64,000 nt of DNA from Camelus ferus. Lineage: Eukaryota. The position numbers and the translations under genes are program-made. Below, piece by piece: positions 13,456-25,711 of this stretch (position 1 is its first letter; each line of letters begins with the position of its first letter). The stretch spans positions 14,014,001 through 14,078,000 of the forward strand of contig NC_045696.1 in NCBI RefSeq assembly GCF_009834535.1. The letters are read 5' to 3'. The notes beneath the pieces are model-generated. The model did not search any database and was not told the DNA's origin. It saw nothing but the letters and a program-made list of their open reading frames with translations.

Positions 13456-13973
13456 AATAGCAGCACTATTTACAATAGCCAAGACATGCAAACAACCTGA
13501 ATGCTCACTGACAGATGACTGAATAAGCAAGTTGTGATATATACGCAATGGAATACTACTCAGCCATAAAAATAAAATGAAGTAGTGCCATCTGCAGCAA
13601 CATAGATGGATCTGGAGGTCATCATACTGAGTGAAGTAAGCCAGAAAGAAAAAAAAATATGATATCACTTATATGTGGAATCTTTAAAAAGGACTCAAAT
13701 GAACTTATTTACAAAATAGAAACAGACTCACAGACATAGAAAATAATTATGGTTACCAATGGGGAAAGGAGTGGGACACGGAGGAATAAATTGGGAGCTC
13801 AGAATCTGCAGATACTAAGTACTATATATAAAATAGACTAAAAGGTCCTGCTGTATAGCACAGAGAATATATATTCAATACCTTGTAATAGCCTAAAATG
13901 AAAAAGAATATGGATATATATTATATATATAAGTTGAAACATTTAAAATCTGCTATATTTCAATTTAAAAAAA
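13456..13973 (+). mobile_element. 5'-truncated L1 (ORF2 end + 3' UTR), cetartiodactyl-type
   Basis: ATAGCAGCACTATTTACAATAGCCAAGACATG...GGAATACTACTCAGCCATAAAA...CTGCTGTATAGCAC, A-rich end. Confidence 0.85.
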
Positions 13974-14054
13974 TGATAGTACAAAACTTAAAAAATCAAT
14001 TATGTCAAGATGAATGAACAAGATAAACCCAACTTTTTATGCTCATGAAAAATG

Positions 14055-14060
14055 TTTATT
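14055..14060 (-). terminator. Poly(A) signal AATAAA for the KRTAP at 14323-14496
   Basis: AATAAA on minus about 260 nt past the stop, in context shared with paralogs. Confidence 0.7.
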
Positions 14061-14322
14061 AGAAAATATGCCCAGAATTATCATAGAATAGGTTAGGAAA
14101 GAAGCTGCGTGTCAGGAATGTTTCAGGAATAAGAATATCCAACTTGGATGATGAAACCCTGGTTGAGATTCACCTCTCCATTGATTCAAAGTGTTGATCT
14201 GCATTGCAGTATCTTCTTCAGTAGCCTCTCAAATATTTCACTGCTTATATTGAAGGAAACAGAAGAACCAATTTGTAAAATATTGTTACAAAATGACAAG
14301 TGAGTAACAGAAAAAAATGTTT

Positions 14323-14496
14323 TCAATAAAATCCCGAGAACATGTATCTTCTATAGAAAGTGGGACAAAAGTAGCCACAGCCGTAACCACCATAGCCTCC
14401 AAGACCAAAGCTAGAACCATAGCCATAGCCCAGGCCACCAAAACCGCCAAGGCCATAGCCAAGGCCACCATAGTAGTTGCCGTAGTAGTAGCTCAT
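14323..14496 (-). CDS. HGT keratin-associated protein, 57 aa, KAP36-like (KAP19-related), single exon
   Basis: [57 protein letters not shown]; 20 Gly + 14 Tyr of 57; ACAATG start; TATA 84 nt upstream. The longer ORF-track start at 14634 lies upstream of the TATA box. Confidence 0.93.
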   Translation of the reverse strand: MSYYYGNYYGGLGYGLGGFGGLGYGYGSSFGLGGYGGYGCGYFCPTFYRRYMFSGFY

Positions 14497-14573
14497 TGTG
14501 ACAGGGCTTGAGGATTTGGTTGGATGTTGAGAGTGAGGTTCCTGAGAGTGAATATCACCAGCTGCGTGTGGAC

Positions 14574-14719
14574 TTTTATACTGGCTCAGTGTGGGTGTGG
14601 TAAACCACAGCACACAAGTGTCACTCTGTTTCATCTTTGGTGGAAAGCAGTACTATTAAGTCATATCTTTCTTTATGAACGGTAGTTCCAAAAATGCACA
14701 AATACATTTTTCCTTTGAA
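14574..14719 (-). promoter_or_regulatory. KRTAP proximal promoter (TATA; RUNX-like, HOXC13-like and LEF/TCF-like motifs)
   Basis: TATAAAA 14574-14580; TGTGGTT 14603-14609; TTTATGAA 14672-14679; CTTTGAA 14713-14719; all conserved in the paralog promoter. Confidence 0.7.
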
Positions 14720-17700
14720 TTGAATTTAATTTTCATTCCTCAGAAATAAGCTTTGTGTTGAATAATTATTTTGGTGTCTTTAAAGCTTATGTTTTTACAT
14801 ATTTTTCTATCTACATCATAATGATCAGGGTCCCTTACTTTAGATAACTTGAGAGTTTGATCTTTATCAATATCTCCATTTTGCCTCAGGTATGTTTCTC
14901 TTCAATGATGATATTTTATTATCTGTGATTAAATAAACTAAGGTAAAATTATTAAATAATCCTTAAATGATTGAGAATCATATTTTTCAGAAAGGAAATG
15001 TGGACAAGTATATAGCTTTTCTTTCTTGTTGTGTATTTGTATGATAACCCTCTAAGAACCCTCATACTTGTAAAGATAATAAAGTCTTGTCATAAAATTA
15101 TCCAAGTCTACTTTCTCAAATTTCTTGCCACTACAACTTAACAATAAACCTCCCCTCTACCTAGATGAGTCCTCTCAGATAGTCTCTCAACATTTCAATT
15201 GCCTTTCTCACGCTTAGATTTTTATCAGACATCCTTTCTCATTCTAAAGTAACTCCTTCTCACAGCTTCCTTCAACATTTCTAGTCCACAAACACCTACT
15301 AACATACTACCACTCTTTTAAATTGACACTGTCTCTGGCAAAATTCTTCATTTTTTAACTTACTTTTTGGAACCAGTTCAAAGGCACTTTGAGGGGATGG
15401 ACTTGACACTTCATGCAATACTTTGTAAAAGGAAGCAAAATACATATTCACTGATTTTTTTAAATTTCATTTTTTCCTCTAATGGCAATTCATATCAGAT
15501 GAGCTTTCGTTTAATAGAGAAATATTTATATGAAGGGATGCTTCATATTTCAAATTGCAAAAAGAATCATAATTAAAATGAATATACTCAATAAAATATT
15601 CATATTTTATTACGAGAAAGTAACTATGATAAGTTTTGGGCAGGGAGATGATAGTTGATAAACATATAAATGACCACTGCATGGACTTTAAATCCTGCAA
15701 TTTAATTTTACTCACAAATGTGTGTGCGTACGTGTCTCTTTATGTTGTATGTATGTGTCTGTGATTTTGCTATATATAAATGAAGGCATATGTGTGTTTT
15801 TTCTTCTAAATACCACAAAGCAGTATATGGAAGGGTAAACTGATGGTTAGCTTCACTGACTTCAAAAGTAATTTAGAGGAATAAACTGTTATGGTGGCTA
15901 CAATGTCTTGCAATTAAGAATTCTGTAGAAGTGTAAAATGAGTTGCATCTAGAAGGGTGTGTATAAGAATTCTACAAAGTGAGGAGAGAGGAGGTCCCAG
16001 CAAGGAAAAGGGTTTTAGCTCATGATCAGAGACAAAGGTAAGCAAGGTGTGTCCTCAAGGAGCAAAACATTGTGGTTGCAGCACAGAGTGCAAATAAAGA
16101 ATAATTGATGGCTTGGAAGCATATTAACTTCACTGCCATGTGGGCCACACATCATATTCTATAGTTTTGTTTAGGGCCATGGTCTCAGAGAAGTGATGTT
16201 TTATGAACACATATTTTCTCTGCAATATGGATTGTATGGTAAATTCTTGAAAGCAAGAGGACCACTTGAGCAGCTCTTACAATATCTTGCCATAGTATAA
16301 AATAAGGAAAAGGGACTGGAAAGGATGAACATATGATATATTATTAAAAATCAGTAGCATTTGTGCAGATGCTTAGAGGCAAATATGAAACTTACAAGTG
16401 GTAGTTAGTATTTTTCTTTGTGTAAATGTAATATACTATCTCCCTTAAGTTAACTTCATTAAAATTAAATACATCAACGATACCGAGCCCTAAGATTTCT
16501 CAGGACAGGACATTTATTTAAAATAGATAGGTTTAAATAATTATGATTGAAATCCATTTCCTTGGAATTCCAGTCAGTCACACAAGGGGAATGTATGGAA
16601 GGGGGATATATTTGTGAACATTCAGGAAGAAGAACACATCGAAGCAAGTTAATTATAACGATAAAAAGAAAGATCTATAAAAAGAAATATTATGGTGCTA
16701 AAGACAATTTTGGAAAGTCACTTTGATTCCTTGACTCTGAATTTTAGATGCAATTATCTGCTGTGCAGAAAGTAAATTTTGAGGTGTTTCTTCATAATTA
16801 CAATTAATTTATAAGTAGAAATTGCATTACAGTATAATTAGATGAAAACATCAATCATATAAATATTCTGTCAACGAGGTATTTTCATTTGACAATCAAA
16901 GTGGCAGTGTAGTTGCAAATATTCTGAGATCAAAACTTCTTTTCCTTTATTCATATGTGTATCTATTTGTCCGCTCATAGGATCATGGGCAGCAGCTTTA
17001 TTCAGGTTTCAAGCCCCCAAAACATGAACTCAGCTTGCCTTCCTCTTTGTCGTCCCTCATCTGTGTGAAATTCTTGAAACACATCTACATGAGCTCCACT
17101 CCTTTCTATTCCAAACCCCATACATAAGCTTTGAGTTGAGTTTTGAAACTTCTGTGTCTCAAGAGTTTTTGAGTTGAGACTTCTTTGGTATGTGCCAAGA
17201 TTACAGCATTTTATCTGGCTTTCCTTATTTTCTTTTAAACAATTGTTTTCTGTGTTACTATTGTTTTTAAAATTTATGACAGTATGAAATAAAAAACATT
17301 TTCCTTGTTTAAAGATGTCTATAAACCACATTCACTCTCATAATCCGGCAACGACCCTGAAGCTCTAATTCCTGCTTTATCCTATGGATAATATCCTTCT
17401 TTTCCTTCCCCATGACAAGGCACATGCTGTTCTCTTCTTCAACTCTTGTCTTTCTCTAATTTGCTTAAAATACCATTTTGGCAAGGGGCACATGAATTAT
17501 GTTCTAATCAATACATCTCTTCACATTCTTTGAGTCCTAGGGTTCTTCTCACAAAAGAAAACATTTATTTATTTCTGAAATTATGGCTATGGAAAAATTT
17601 TAAATACAGAAATGTAGGTAGCACAACATAAACAACTCCCACCAATCATTCATTTATTTTAAAGAATTATCAAGTCAAGGGCAATTGTGTTTCAAATGTA

Positions 17701-19014
17701 CCCTCACAAGCCTCCTTCAAGACTGCATCATTTTGAGATGGTCTGCTTTTTGGATCCAGAAATATTTTAATATATATCTCATTGATATAAATGTTGTTTC
17801 TTAAAATATATTAGGTGTGTGATTTTTTAAATCATTATTTATTTCCTGGTATATAAGCCCCATTACTTAAAATTTCCTGCCATGTTGGACTTGGTGCTTT
17901 GTAAGTAACTGCTAATGATCAAATTGAAAAGTTCTGCTTCTATCTTGAATTAGTGAGGCTCATCATCCAAATCATTCCTCTATTCACTAAAAAAAAAAAA
18001 AAAAAAAAAACCAACAAAACTAAGCCCAAACTGTTAGTTTATGAACAGATTACCAAAGGACTAGTAAGAATCACTGGAGATCCATGAAAACTTGTATAAA
18101 TTAATTAAATGAGAGTTATATTAGGAATCACACAATGTATCCATTAAAGATGAAGATTAGGCATCTGAAGACCCTAAATATGAGCTAAAAATCAGTAACA
18201 GTCTCAGGCTTGAGGTAAGGCTACAAAAAGTAAAACCCACCTGCAATAAAATCCCTCTTAAGACTTAAATGAGGAACAAATACCACTACTTAACCCAGGT
18301 TGGAAAAATTGTACAAACAGTGATTCAAGCCTCAATTATTTTTTTAATTTATAAAGACAAGTAGGGTAAAGCCTGAAAAATTAAATAGATACATATGAAA
18401 ACATAAAAACAATAAGGAAAGTCTGAACATAGAAAAAGAAAACCCAGGCTCTCTATTTCTTTTATAAAAATTGAGGTTGCTGGAGCGGGCGGTGTGCATG
18501 TGTTTAGGGGTAGGGTGTGTGGGGCGGGAGGAGCAGACTCAAACAATGTGTATCCCTGTCATTGTTTCCTAAGGAGGCACCTGGTAGAGGGCACACTGAA
18601 TAAAGACATCTCTTCCTTACAAAGCTCATTCAGGTAAGTTTCTAAAGAGTATATGTGCTTAAAAATATTATTCTTCTTATATATATATACACACACACAC
18701 TGAGGGTAAAGTAATTATTTTATTAAACTAATACTTCTTCAAAGGAAGTGTTATTAGTCACAAGAATTACATATGTCTAAATATTTTGCTTCTCTACGAT
18801 GTCAAATCAAAAAGGGAACAATATCTGAGAACGTTATCACATGTGATATGGAAGTTACCAGCAAAAAGTCAGTAAGATCAGTTCTAGGGAAGAAAATAAT
18901 TGTACAGAGAAAATGCTTCAACCAAATATCTTAATCAAATATGTAGAATTAATGAATAAAAGTGCATTTGAGTAGGCAAATATAAGTGAAATGAAGTTTT
19001 GAATGTTTATGAAT

Positions 19015-19020
19015 TTTATT
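19015..19020 (-). terminator. Poly(A) signal AATAAA for the KRTAP at 19158-19337
   Basis: AATAAA on minus about 140 nt past the stop; flanks align with 14055-14110. Confidence 0.7.
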
Positions 19021-19157
19021 GAAAAATATGCTCAGAAATATCACAGAAGGCATAAAGAAGGAAACTTCATGTCAATAACATAGCAGGCGTGAAGCTAGTC
19101 AGTCTGGGTGATGAATTCGGGATCAAGGAATCAGATCATTGTAGACAGACGATGTTC

Positions 19158-19337
19158 TCAGTAGAATCCAGAGAACATGTATCTTCTATAGAAAGTGGGA
19201 CGGAAGTAGCCACAGCCGTAACCACCATAGCCTCCAAGACCAAAGCTAGAACCATAGCCATAGCTATAGCCCAGGCCACCAAAACCGCCAAGGCCATAGC
19301 CAAGGCCACCATAGTAGTTGCCGTAGTAGTAGCTCAT
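19158..19337 (-). CDS. HGT keratin-associated protein, 59 aa, KAP36-like paralog
   Basis: [63 protein letters not shown] 84 nt upstream; downstream AATAAA. Confidence 0.93.
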   Translation of the reverse strand: MSYYYGNYYGGLGYGLGGFGGLGYSYGYGSSFGLGGYGGYGCGYFRPTFYRRYMFSGFY

Positions 19338-19414
19338 TGTGACAGGGCTTGAGGATTTGGTTAGATGTTGAGGGTGAGGTTCCTGAGAATGAATATCACC
19401 AGCTGCACGCGGAC

Positions 19415-19572
19415 TTTTATACTGGCTCAGTGTAGGAGGTGTGGTAAACCACAGCACACAAGTTCACTCTTTGAAAATCCATCTTTGGCAAAAAGCTGTA
19501 CTATTAAATCATACCTTTCTTTATGAAGGGTAGTTCCAAAGATACATGGAATGTTTTACTTTTCCTTTGAAG
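19415..19572 (-). promoter_or_regulatory. KRTAP proximal promoter
   Basis: TATAAAA 19415-19421; TGTGGTT 19447-19453; TTTATGAA 19520-19527; CTTTGAAG 19565-19572. Confidence 0.7.
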
Positions 19573-19986
19573 AGGTTTCCATTTTTATTCTTTTTGTCAT
19601 AGCTTAAATTACACATAATTCTACACTTAAATATAATTATCAAGCTCTTTTGCAATAGATAGATCATTTGTTGTATTCCCTGAGATCTCTGTCTTTGGCA
19701 GATAATATCTTTATATTTTCTTACACTCAATTTTTGTCTATTTTAAATATCATATTTTCTATCTCTTTTTTTCTTTGCCTTTCAATAAACTGGAATACTT
19801 AGTATTAAATAATCAAAAATGATTGAAATTAATCAAAAAGTAAAAGACACTTATTCAGAAAAACAGTGGGAATATTTTCCAGTCCTCTTTGTTTCTATTT
19901 TCTATGTCACTACATTTCAATCATTCTAATTTGTAGAGACAAACACTCTAGAAGGACATTCAAGTCACACTATAGATAATACTTCT

Positions 19987-20501
19987 TGTATTAGTTTCAT
20001 AGGACTGCTGTAAAAAAATATTACCACAAACTGAGTAATTAATTGTTTCTTGATTCTCTTAAAACAAGAGAAATTCATGTTCTCATGGTTCTGAAGGCTT
20101 GAAGTCCAAAGATCAAGCTAGTTATAGGGCCATCTTCCCTTTGAAGGGTCTGAGAAAAAATTATTCTTTGCCTCTTCCTAGCTTCTAGTGGTTCCTGGTA
20201 ATTCTTGGCGTTTATTGCCTTGCTGCTCCTTCACCCCAATCTCTGCCTCAGTCATCACATGGCCTTCATTCCTCCTTGTTCATGTATGTGTGAGTGTATG
20301 TGCCTGTCTGTGTGCCTAAATCTCTCTCCTCTTATAAGAACACCAGACATTGGATTTGAGGCTGACCCTAATCCAGCATCACCTCACCTTAACTTGATTA
20401 CTTCTGTGAAGACCTTATTTCCAAATAAGCTCACATTCGCAGGCATCTGAGGTTAGAACTTCAAAATGTCTTTGTAGAAGACCTAATTCAGCCCCTCAAA
20501 A
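19987..20501 (-). mobile_element. MLT1 (MaLR) solo LTR
   Basis: TGTATTAGTTTC...GCTGTAA...TACCACAAACTG and CTTATAAGAACACCAG...GAAGACCTTATTTCCAAATAAG...AATTCAGCCC. Confidence 0.85.
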
Positions 20502-21844
20502 CTGCCTTTTGCATGAAACTAACATCTTCTGTCAGATTGTATTTTGAAAATTCAGCTCGACTGAGATGAGTTTTCAAGAACTCCCCTTCCTATATAGTTC
20601 TAGGTCAGCAAAGATGAAAAGAAACATTTTGCCTGAAATTTGGTAGGCAGGAAAATAAACCAAAGCTTTATTGTTGTTTACGAATAGTCATCCTCCATCC
20701 TCTAATTTGTGGCCAAGGAAGTACTACAAAAAAGTGAAAATTTTAAAATATTTGTTTTTGGGGCATGTTGGATGCTGTGGGGAGATCTGAGGAGTATGAA
20801 GATGAGTTAGATAATATGTCAATAGTCATAGTATAGTGTGATAAGAGCTGGAATTAGGGTTTTAGTAACAGGAATAGCCAGGAAAGACTGGATATAAGAT
20901 GCATAATGGTAAAGGAGTAGTACTTACATGTTTCATTGAAGAAAAATAGGAACATTACCAAGCTACAAGTTATTATTCTTTGCATGATTTTATTTTTAAC
21001 TTTTAAGTGAATATAAGCTGATAAAAATTGACTTCTTATCAAAAGTAAAGAGCTTTATGACAAATGTTTACTGAGCAAACTACTTCCTGTATATTTTAAC
21101 GTATAGGCAGAAGTCCACTGCATTTTATTTATTCAGTTGCCCATAATTTTTGAGATAAAAGCATTTGAGAACAATAAAAAAACAAAATATGTTTTTGGAA
21201 ATATCTATATTTCACAGTAGGTCACCAAAAGGCAACTGAACTTTAGAGGTTCAGTTATTTAGTGATAAATAAATATTTCACCTAAAGTCAATTTTGACTC
21301 CAATTACCAATACTCTTCTCAGCTGCTGAAAGGAAACTTTGAGATGTTTGCTAGTTAACAAAATAAATATTCAGGTAATAATTATAAACCATAAAAAGCA
21401 ATAATATTTATTGCACAATAATGTATATAAATATTACATAATTACACAATACAATAATATATACATAATACACATAATAATATAATTTTCTATATGATAG
21501 CTTACCTTTGAAATCTGAGTGGCAAAAATAGCATATTGGATGGTAGCATCAGATCATACTTAAATTTAACAAAATTATATTCAGTAATATTCATGAAATA
21601 GTTATAATGACCAGAAACAAAACATAGACAATGAAAAATATCATATATTAAAATACATATGCAAATTACATAAATTATTGTCTGTTAAATAATAAGTGAA
21701 GTTAGACAAAAATAAAATACATGTAAAAAATTTACTCTTACCAAACAAAAATATTACATTATGTAGTTTTGCAGTATTTCATTGTTTTGAAATACACACA
21801 CACACACACATATTGCTCTAACTGGGTGATATTTCTACAGACGT

Positions 21845-21970
21845 TCTCTCTTCCTTTCTTCTTCCCTCCTTCCCTCCCTCCCTTTCTTTTTTCCTTCCGT
21901 CCCTCCTCCCTTTCTTTCCTCTCTGTCTCTGTCTCTGTCTTTCTCTCTGTCTCTCTCTCTTTTTTCCTTA
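21845..21970. repeat. Polypyrimidine (TCCC/TCTC/TCTG) simple repeat
   Basis: Read directly. Confidence 0.85.
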
Positions 21971-23751
21971 TTTACTGGAGAAGCAGCAAGTCTGGATATC
22001 AATATGTTTTCTAAATTTAATTTTTCTTTGCTATCTTCCCCTCAAAGTCTACAAAATATGAAGAAATAAAATTCCTTTGTCAGTTAAAGCTCCCTGTAAG
22101 CTATATTCTTTTTAATAAGTCAATACATCTCCTCAAATGACTATTTCTCCATTATTTTTGGATACTATATTCTCTCCTTCATGCCTATGACAATGTCATT
22201 CTGGTTTATTTGTCCAATAGTCCTTTACCTAACTAGTTACAAGCCTTTTCTTTAAAGTGAAGATGAAATACAATCTCCTTTGTTATAAATTTACTTTTAT
22301 TGATTCATCTTTCCCCACTTTTTTAAGTCTTGTGCTATGCATTTCCCAGACCATGCAACAGAACGTTGTTATAGTCCTATTTTCTCATAAATTTTATCAT
22401 AGGAACAGTTAAGTAAAATATAAGAATAGACAATATGGTAAAAGGAATCATTATATACATAACTCATCTTCAGAAATTATCACATTGTGGCCAATCATAT
22501 TTCCTCTGTTTCTTTGTCCTTTTTCTTGTTACCATTAGTATAATTTTAAAGCAGAAATCATATTATTTTCTCTGTAAGTACTATCATATAAATCTCTAAA
22601 TAATATAGAATTTTTAAAAGCACAGTCAGTAATTTTTTAAATCATATTTTTGAACTGAAATATCAGCTTTTTCAGGTGAGGTTACATGTTAGGTTTATTT
22701 TGGGGTTGATTGAAAATGTAAATCTTTAATCAGAGTCAGTGTGATTTGGCACTCTAAGCACTCCTAATTTCATAAGGCCATGAAAACAAACAAGACCAAA
22801 CTTGACACTAAAAAATTTTCTCTTAATCACAGTGCTGCAAGTATCTGTGACACTTATTGGAGGCTCATGAAGGCCCATGAGACCCATCCAGTTTACTGAG
22901 AGTGACATCAGTGATCATCTTTATGTAAGACTTAAAAGGGAAGCCTAGTATCCAAGGAAACCAAGACTCATGAAAAAATCAATGACCCATCTCTGGAATG
23001 GAATTCTAATCATGATATTAAGGTATAAGTGAAAAACAAAAGCCATTATTAAACTGAGCTGGAAAAAAAGAGTGGAAACACTAATTTAAAGTCAGTTTCT
23101 TAAGTTTTAAGTGAGCTTGCATTTCAGGGAGTCTGTCTCAAAAATTGTTTTGTATAAGCTACAATACTGAGAAAACCAAGGATGATAACTATGGTAAATT
23201 CTCAGGTTTTCTCTCTTTCTTAGAGCAGATGGATATCAAGCAACACGTGTCCCCATTTTTCAAGTATATGAGGAAGAAACTGACACAAAAACAGTTAGGC
23301 TAGTGAGCTACAAATCAAGGACCCTGCTTTCTTGATAAGCCCAGAAAAATATCTATTGGTCAGTATAGCACCAGAAAGAGCCTCTGAAAGTCTCCTGACA
23401 TTTCATTATACAAAAGAGAAAATGGATGTTCCATTAAACTTCACATATTTATATATTGTTGATGAAGGACATAATGTTCATAAGTATTAGAAATGCCTGA
23501 ATGTATTTGGTTCTATAGAATTCCATATAAAAGGAGGCATAAATCCAGCAAAACAAATGATCTAAATAAATTATATACTTTATAGTCAGGGTTATTTCTA
23601 AGGAAAGATGAATACAAAGTAAATGTGTTCCATGAGTAAATATTTTGCAATGCAAAATATTACTAAAATTCTGGAAAACATAAACATCTTGTGCTTTGAA
23701 ATGGTTGAAAGAAATAAACCTTGATATTTAAAGTTCACACACAAAAAAATG

Positions 23752-23757
23752 TTTATT
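23752..23757 (-). terminator. Poly(A) signal AATAAA for the KRTAP at 23983-24156
   Basis: AAAAATGTTTATT context shared with 14048-14060. Confidence 0.65.
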
Positions 23758-23982
23758 CGAAAGTAAGTCCAAAAATATCAGAAGTGAAAAGAAGTAAAAT
23801 GTAGGCCATTTTCCAGAACAGTTGAGTATATCCAGGTAGAGCTTTCAAAACCTTCACCAGAAACATGAATGTCTGTTGGTGCAAAGAGTTTCAAGTACAT
23901 AGTGATAACTTCTTTGAAGAAAAGTATTAAATAATGAAAAATTAGTTAAACATTCTGAGTTTCAAAATAATGATCAGATCTT

Positions 23983-24156
23983 TCAGAACAATCCAGATGA
24001 CCAGTATCTTCCATAGAAAGATGGATGGAAGTAGCCACAGCCATAACCACCATAGCCTCCAAGACCAAAGCTAGAACCATAGCCATAAACCAGGCCACCA
24101 AGACCACCAAGGCCATAGCCAAGGCCGCCATAGTAGTTGCCGGAGTAGTAGCTCAT
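23983..24156 (-). CDS. HGT keratin-associated protein, 57 aa, KAP36-like paralog
   Basis: [64 protein letters not shown] at 24234-24240, 84 nt upstream. Confidence 0.92.
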   Translation of the reverse strand: MSYYSGNYYGGLGYGLGGLGGLVYGYGSSFGLGGYGGYGCGYFHPSFYGRYWSSGLF

Positions 24157-24233
24157 TGTGTCAGGGGTTGAAGATTTGGTTGGATGGTGAAGGTGAGGTT
24201 CTCGAGAATGAATATTACCACCTGCACCCGACC

Positions 24234-24240
24234 TTTTATA
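24234..24240 (-). promoter_or_regulatory. TATA box
   Basis: TATAAAA at the same offset as in paralogs. Confidence 0.75.
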
Positions 24241-25394
24241 TTCCTTCATTGTGGGTGTGGTCCTCTCCATAGATGTTTCTCATTCCTATTTCTTTTCACA
24301 AATGCACAAAACAGCCCAACTATAACTTTGCCTTACGATTTTAAAAGTTTTAATACTAGTCACGCATAATTCTATTTACATATTTGCTTTATCTGTGCTT
24401 CTTACAGCCAGAGTCTTTTAATAGAAGGCAATTACTATCAAGTCTTCAAAGCCTATGGCTATACTTAAGCCAACTAGGCTGCTAGGTGCAATCTACCCTA
24501 CTGCATCATATCTAATTTTTCTAGTCTTTGGCTCTTATTTTCTTGTTTTAGAAAGAGCCAGAGCTTTCCTCCTAAGCCAGAAGTTTATGTTTTTCTGTTT
24601 GCTTCTTGGAATGAGTTTGAAGGTGTTAGAACACATTGATTGAGAGCCCCATATATGGAACCATTCAGGCCTTTAGTTCAAATCTTGGTTCTATCCATCA
24701 CACATGGTGTGGGCTTGCATTTCTCAGTTTCTTAAAAATATCAATTTTCACGTATGCACAAAGAGAATAATAATTTCCATCTTTGTTTTTGACCTTTACG
24801 GCAACGTCTTTGTCATTTTGGGAAAAATGTAAGCTTAATTAGTTCTGAAATATTTGAATTATAATAAGATTGTAGAGCTTTAAGAAAGGCAACATCTTAC
24901 AAGGAAGCTTGATTTAAGTCTTTTATAAGGACTCATTTATAAGAAATCTAATTCAAAAGTAGGTCTATTGTTTACTGTAAAAATATTGGTAAAACTTTAG
25001 TGAAATAATTCCATTGAGAGAAATAAATAAAATTTAAACCACATTTGCTATGTCAGTAAAGTAATTTTATTGGAAACATGAACAAATATTTTCTCCGTGG
25101 AATAAGGAAGTTAGTACAGTGTTGATAATGTGGCAATGATAAAAGAAATTCCCTCTAGAGGGTTGAAATTCTAAATCAGAGAAATAGGTCTTCTTATTTC
25201 AGCTTGGTCCTGAGTATGCAGTCTGCAGTATGATTGCTTCATTTGTGGTCCATGCGAGGCTATCAGGAGAGCAATTTCAATAAAGAGGTCAAGCCTATTC
25301 ATAATTTTGATGACACTAAAGGAACAACAAAAGAAATAGACTACAATAAGGAAGGTCCAAAGACTGAGAGAATAATATATTTTGAATGGAAGGT

Positions 25395-25538
25395 AAAGAA
25401 ACAACTTCTTCCAGAGAAAGAAAGTAGTTGGTGATCATAGCCTGAATCATCAAATCTACCCAATTTTAAACCCAGGCAACAAATTCATTAAGACCAGTCA
25501 CAGCCTGGCCTGCCATAGTTGTTATGGTAGTAGCTCAC
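25395..25538 (-). pseudogene. Heavily decayed HGT-KRTAP relic
   Basis: GTG replaces ATG, then SYYHNNYGRPGCD; CTTCCAGAGAAAGA resembles the SFYGR codons; 3' end at 25037-25071 (ACCACATTTGCTATGTCAG...TTTATT) aligns with 41434-41464. Confidence 0.6.
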
Positions 25539-25552
25539 AGGAAGTAGAAATC

Positions 25553-25711
25553 TTTTTTGTACATTTGTTTTTATCTTTGTTTTTTGGAGGAAGGTAATAA
25601 GATTTGTTTATTTATTTGTTCATTTATTTTCATTGGAGATCCCGGGGATTGAATCCAGGACCCCATGCATGCTAAATATGTACTCTACCACTGAGCTATA
25701 CACACTCCCTC
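25553..25711 (-). mobile_element. tRNA(Ala)-derived SINE, Vic-1-like (camelid)
   Basis: A box TATAGCTCAGTGGTAGAG, B box GGATTCAATCC, AAAT-rich tail, TSD TAGAAATC (25545-25552, 25712-25719). Confidence 0.85.

Noticed and set aside
14286..14471. [14 protein letters not shown] minus ORFs (also 23946-24131, 41639-41842, 49672-49998)
   Set aside because: Shifted frames of the real KRTAP CDS, produced by TAT-GGC repeats
14317..14511. Ala/Thr/Ile-rich plus-strand ORFs (also 19089-19352, 49823-50041, 49759-50049, 2798-3142)
   Set aside because: Antisense readings of Gly/Tyr KRTAP codons; no independent promoter evidence
14497..14634. N-terminal extensions in the ORF track (also to 19457, 24270, 50227)
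   Set aside because: These starts lie upstream of the TATA box; the MSYY ATG is the conserved start
25633..25711. Possible tRNA gene
   Set aside because: Degenerate cloverleaf with A-rich tail and TSD, so a SINE
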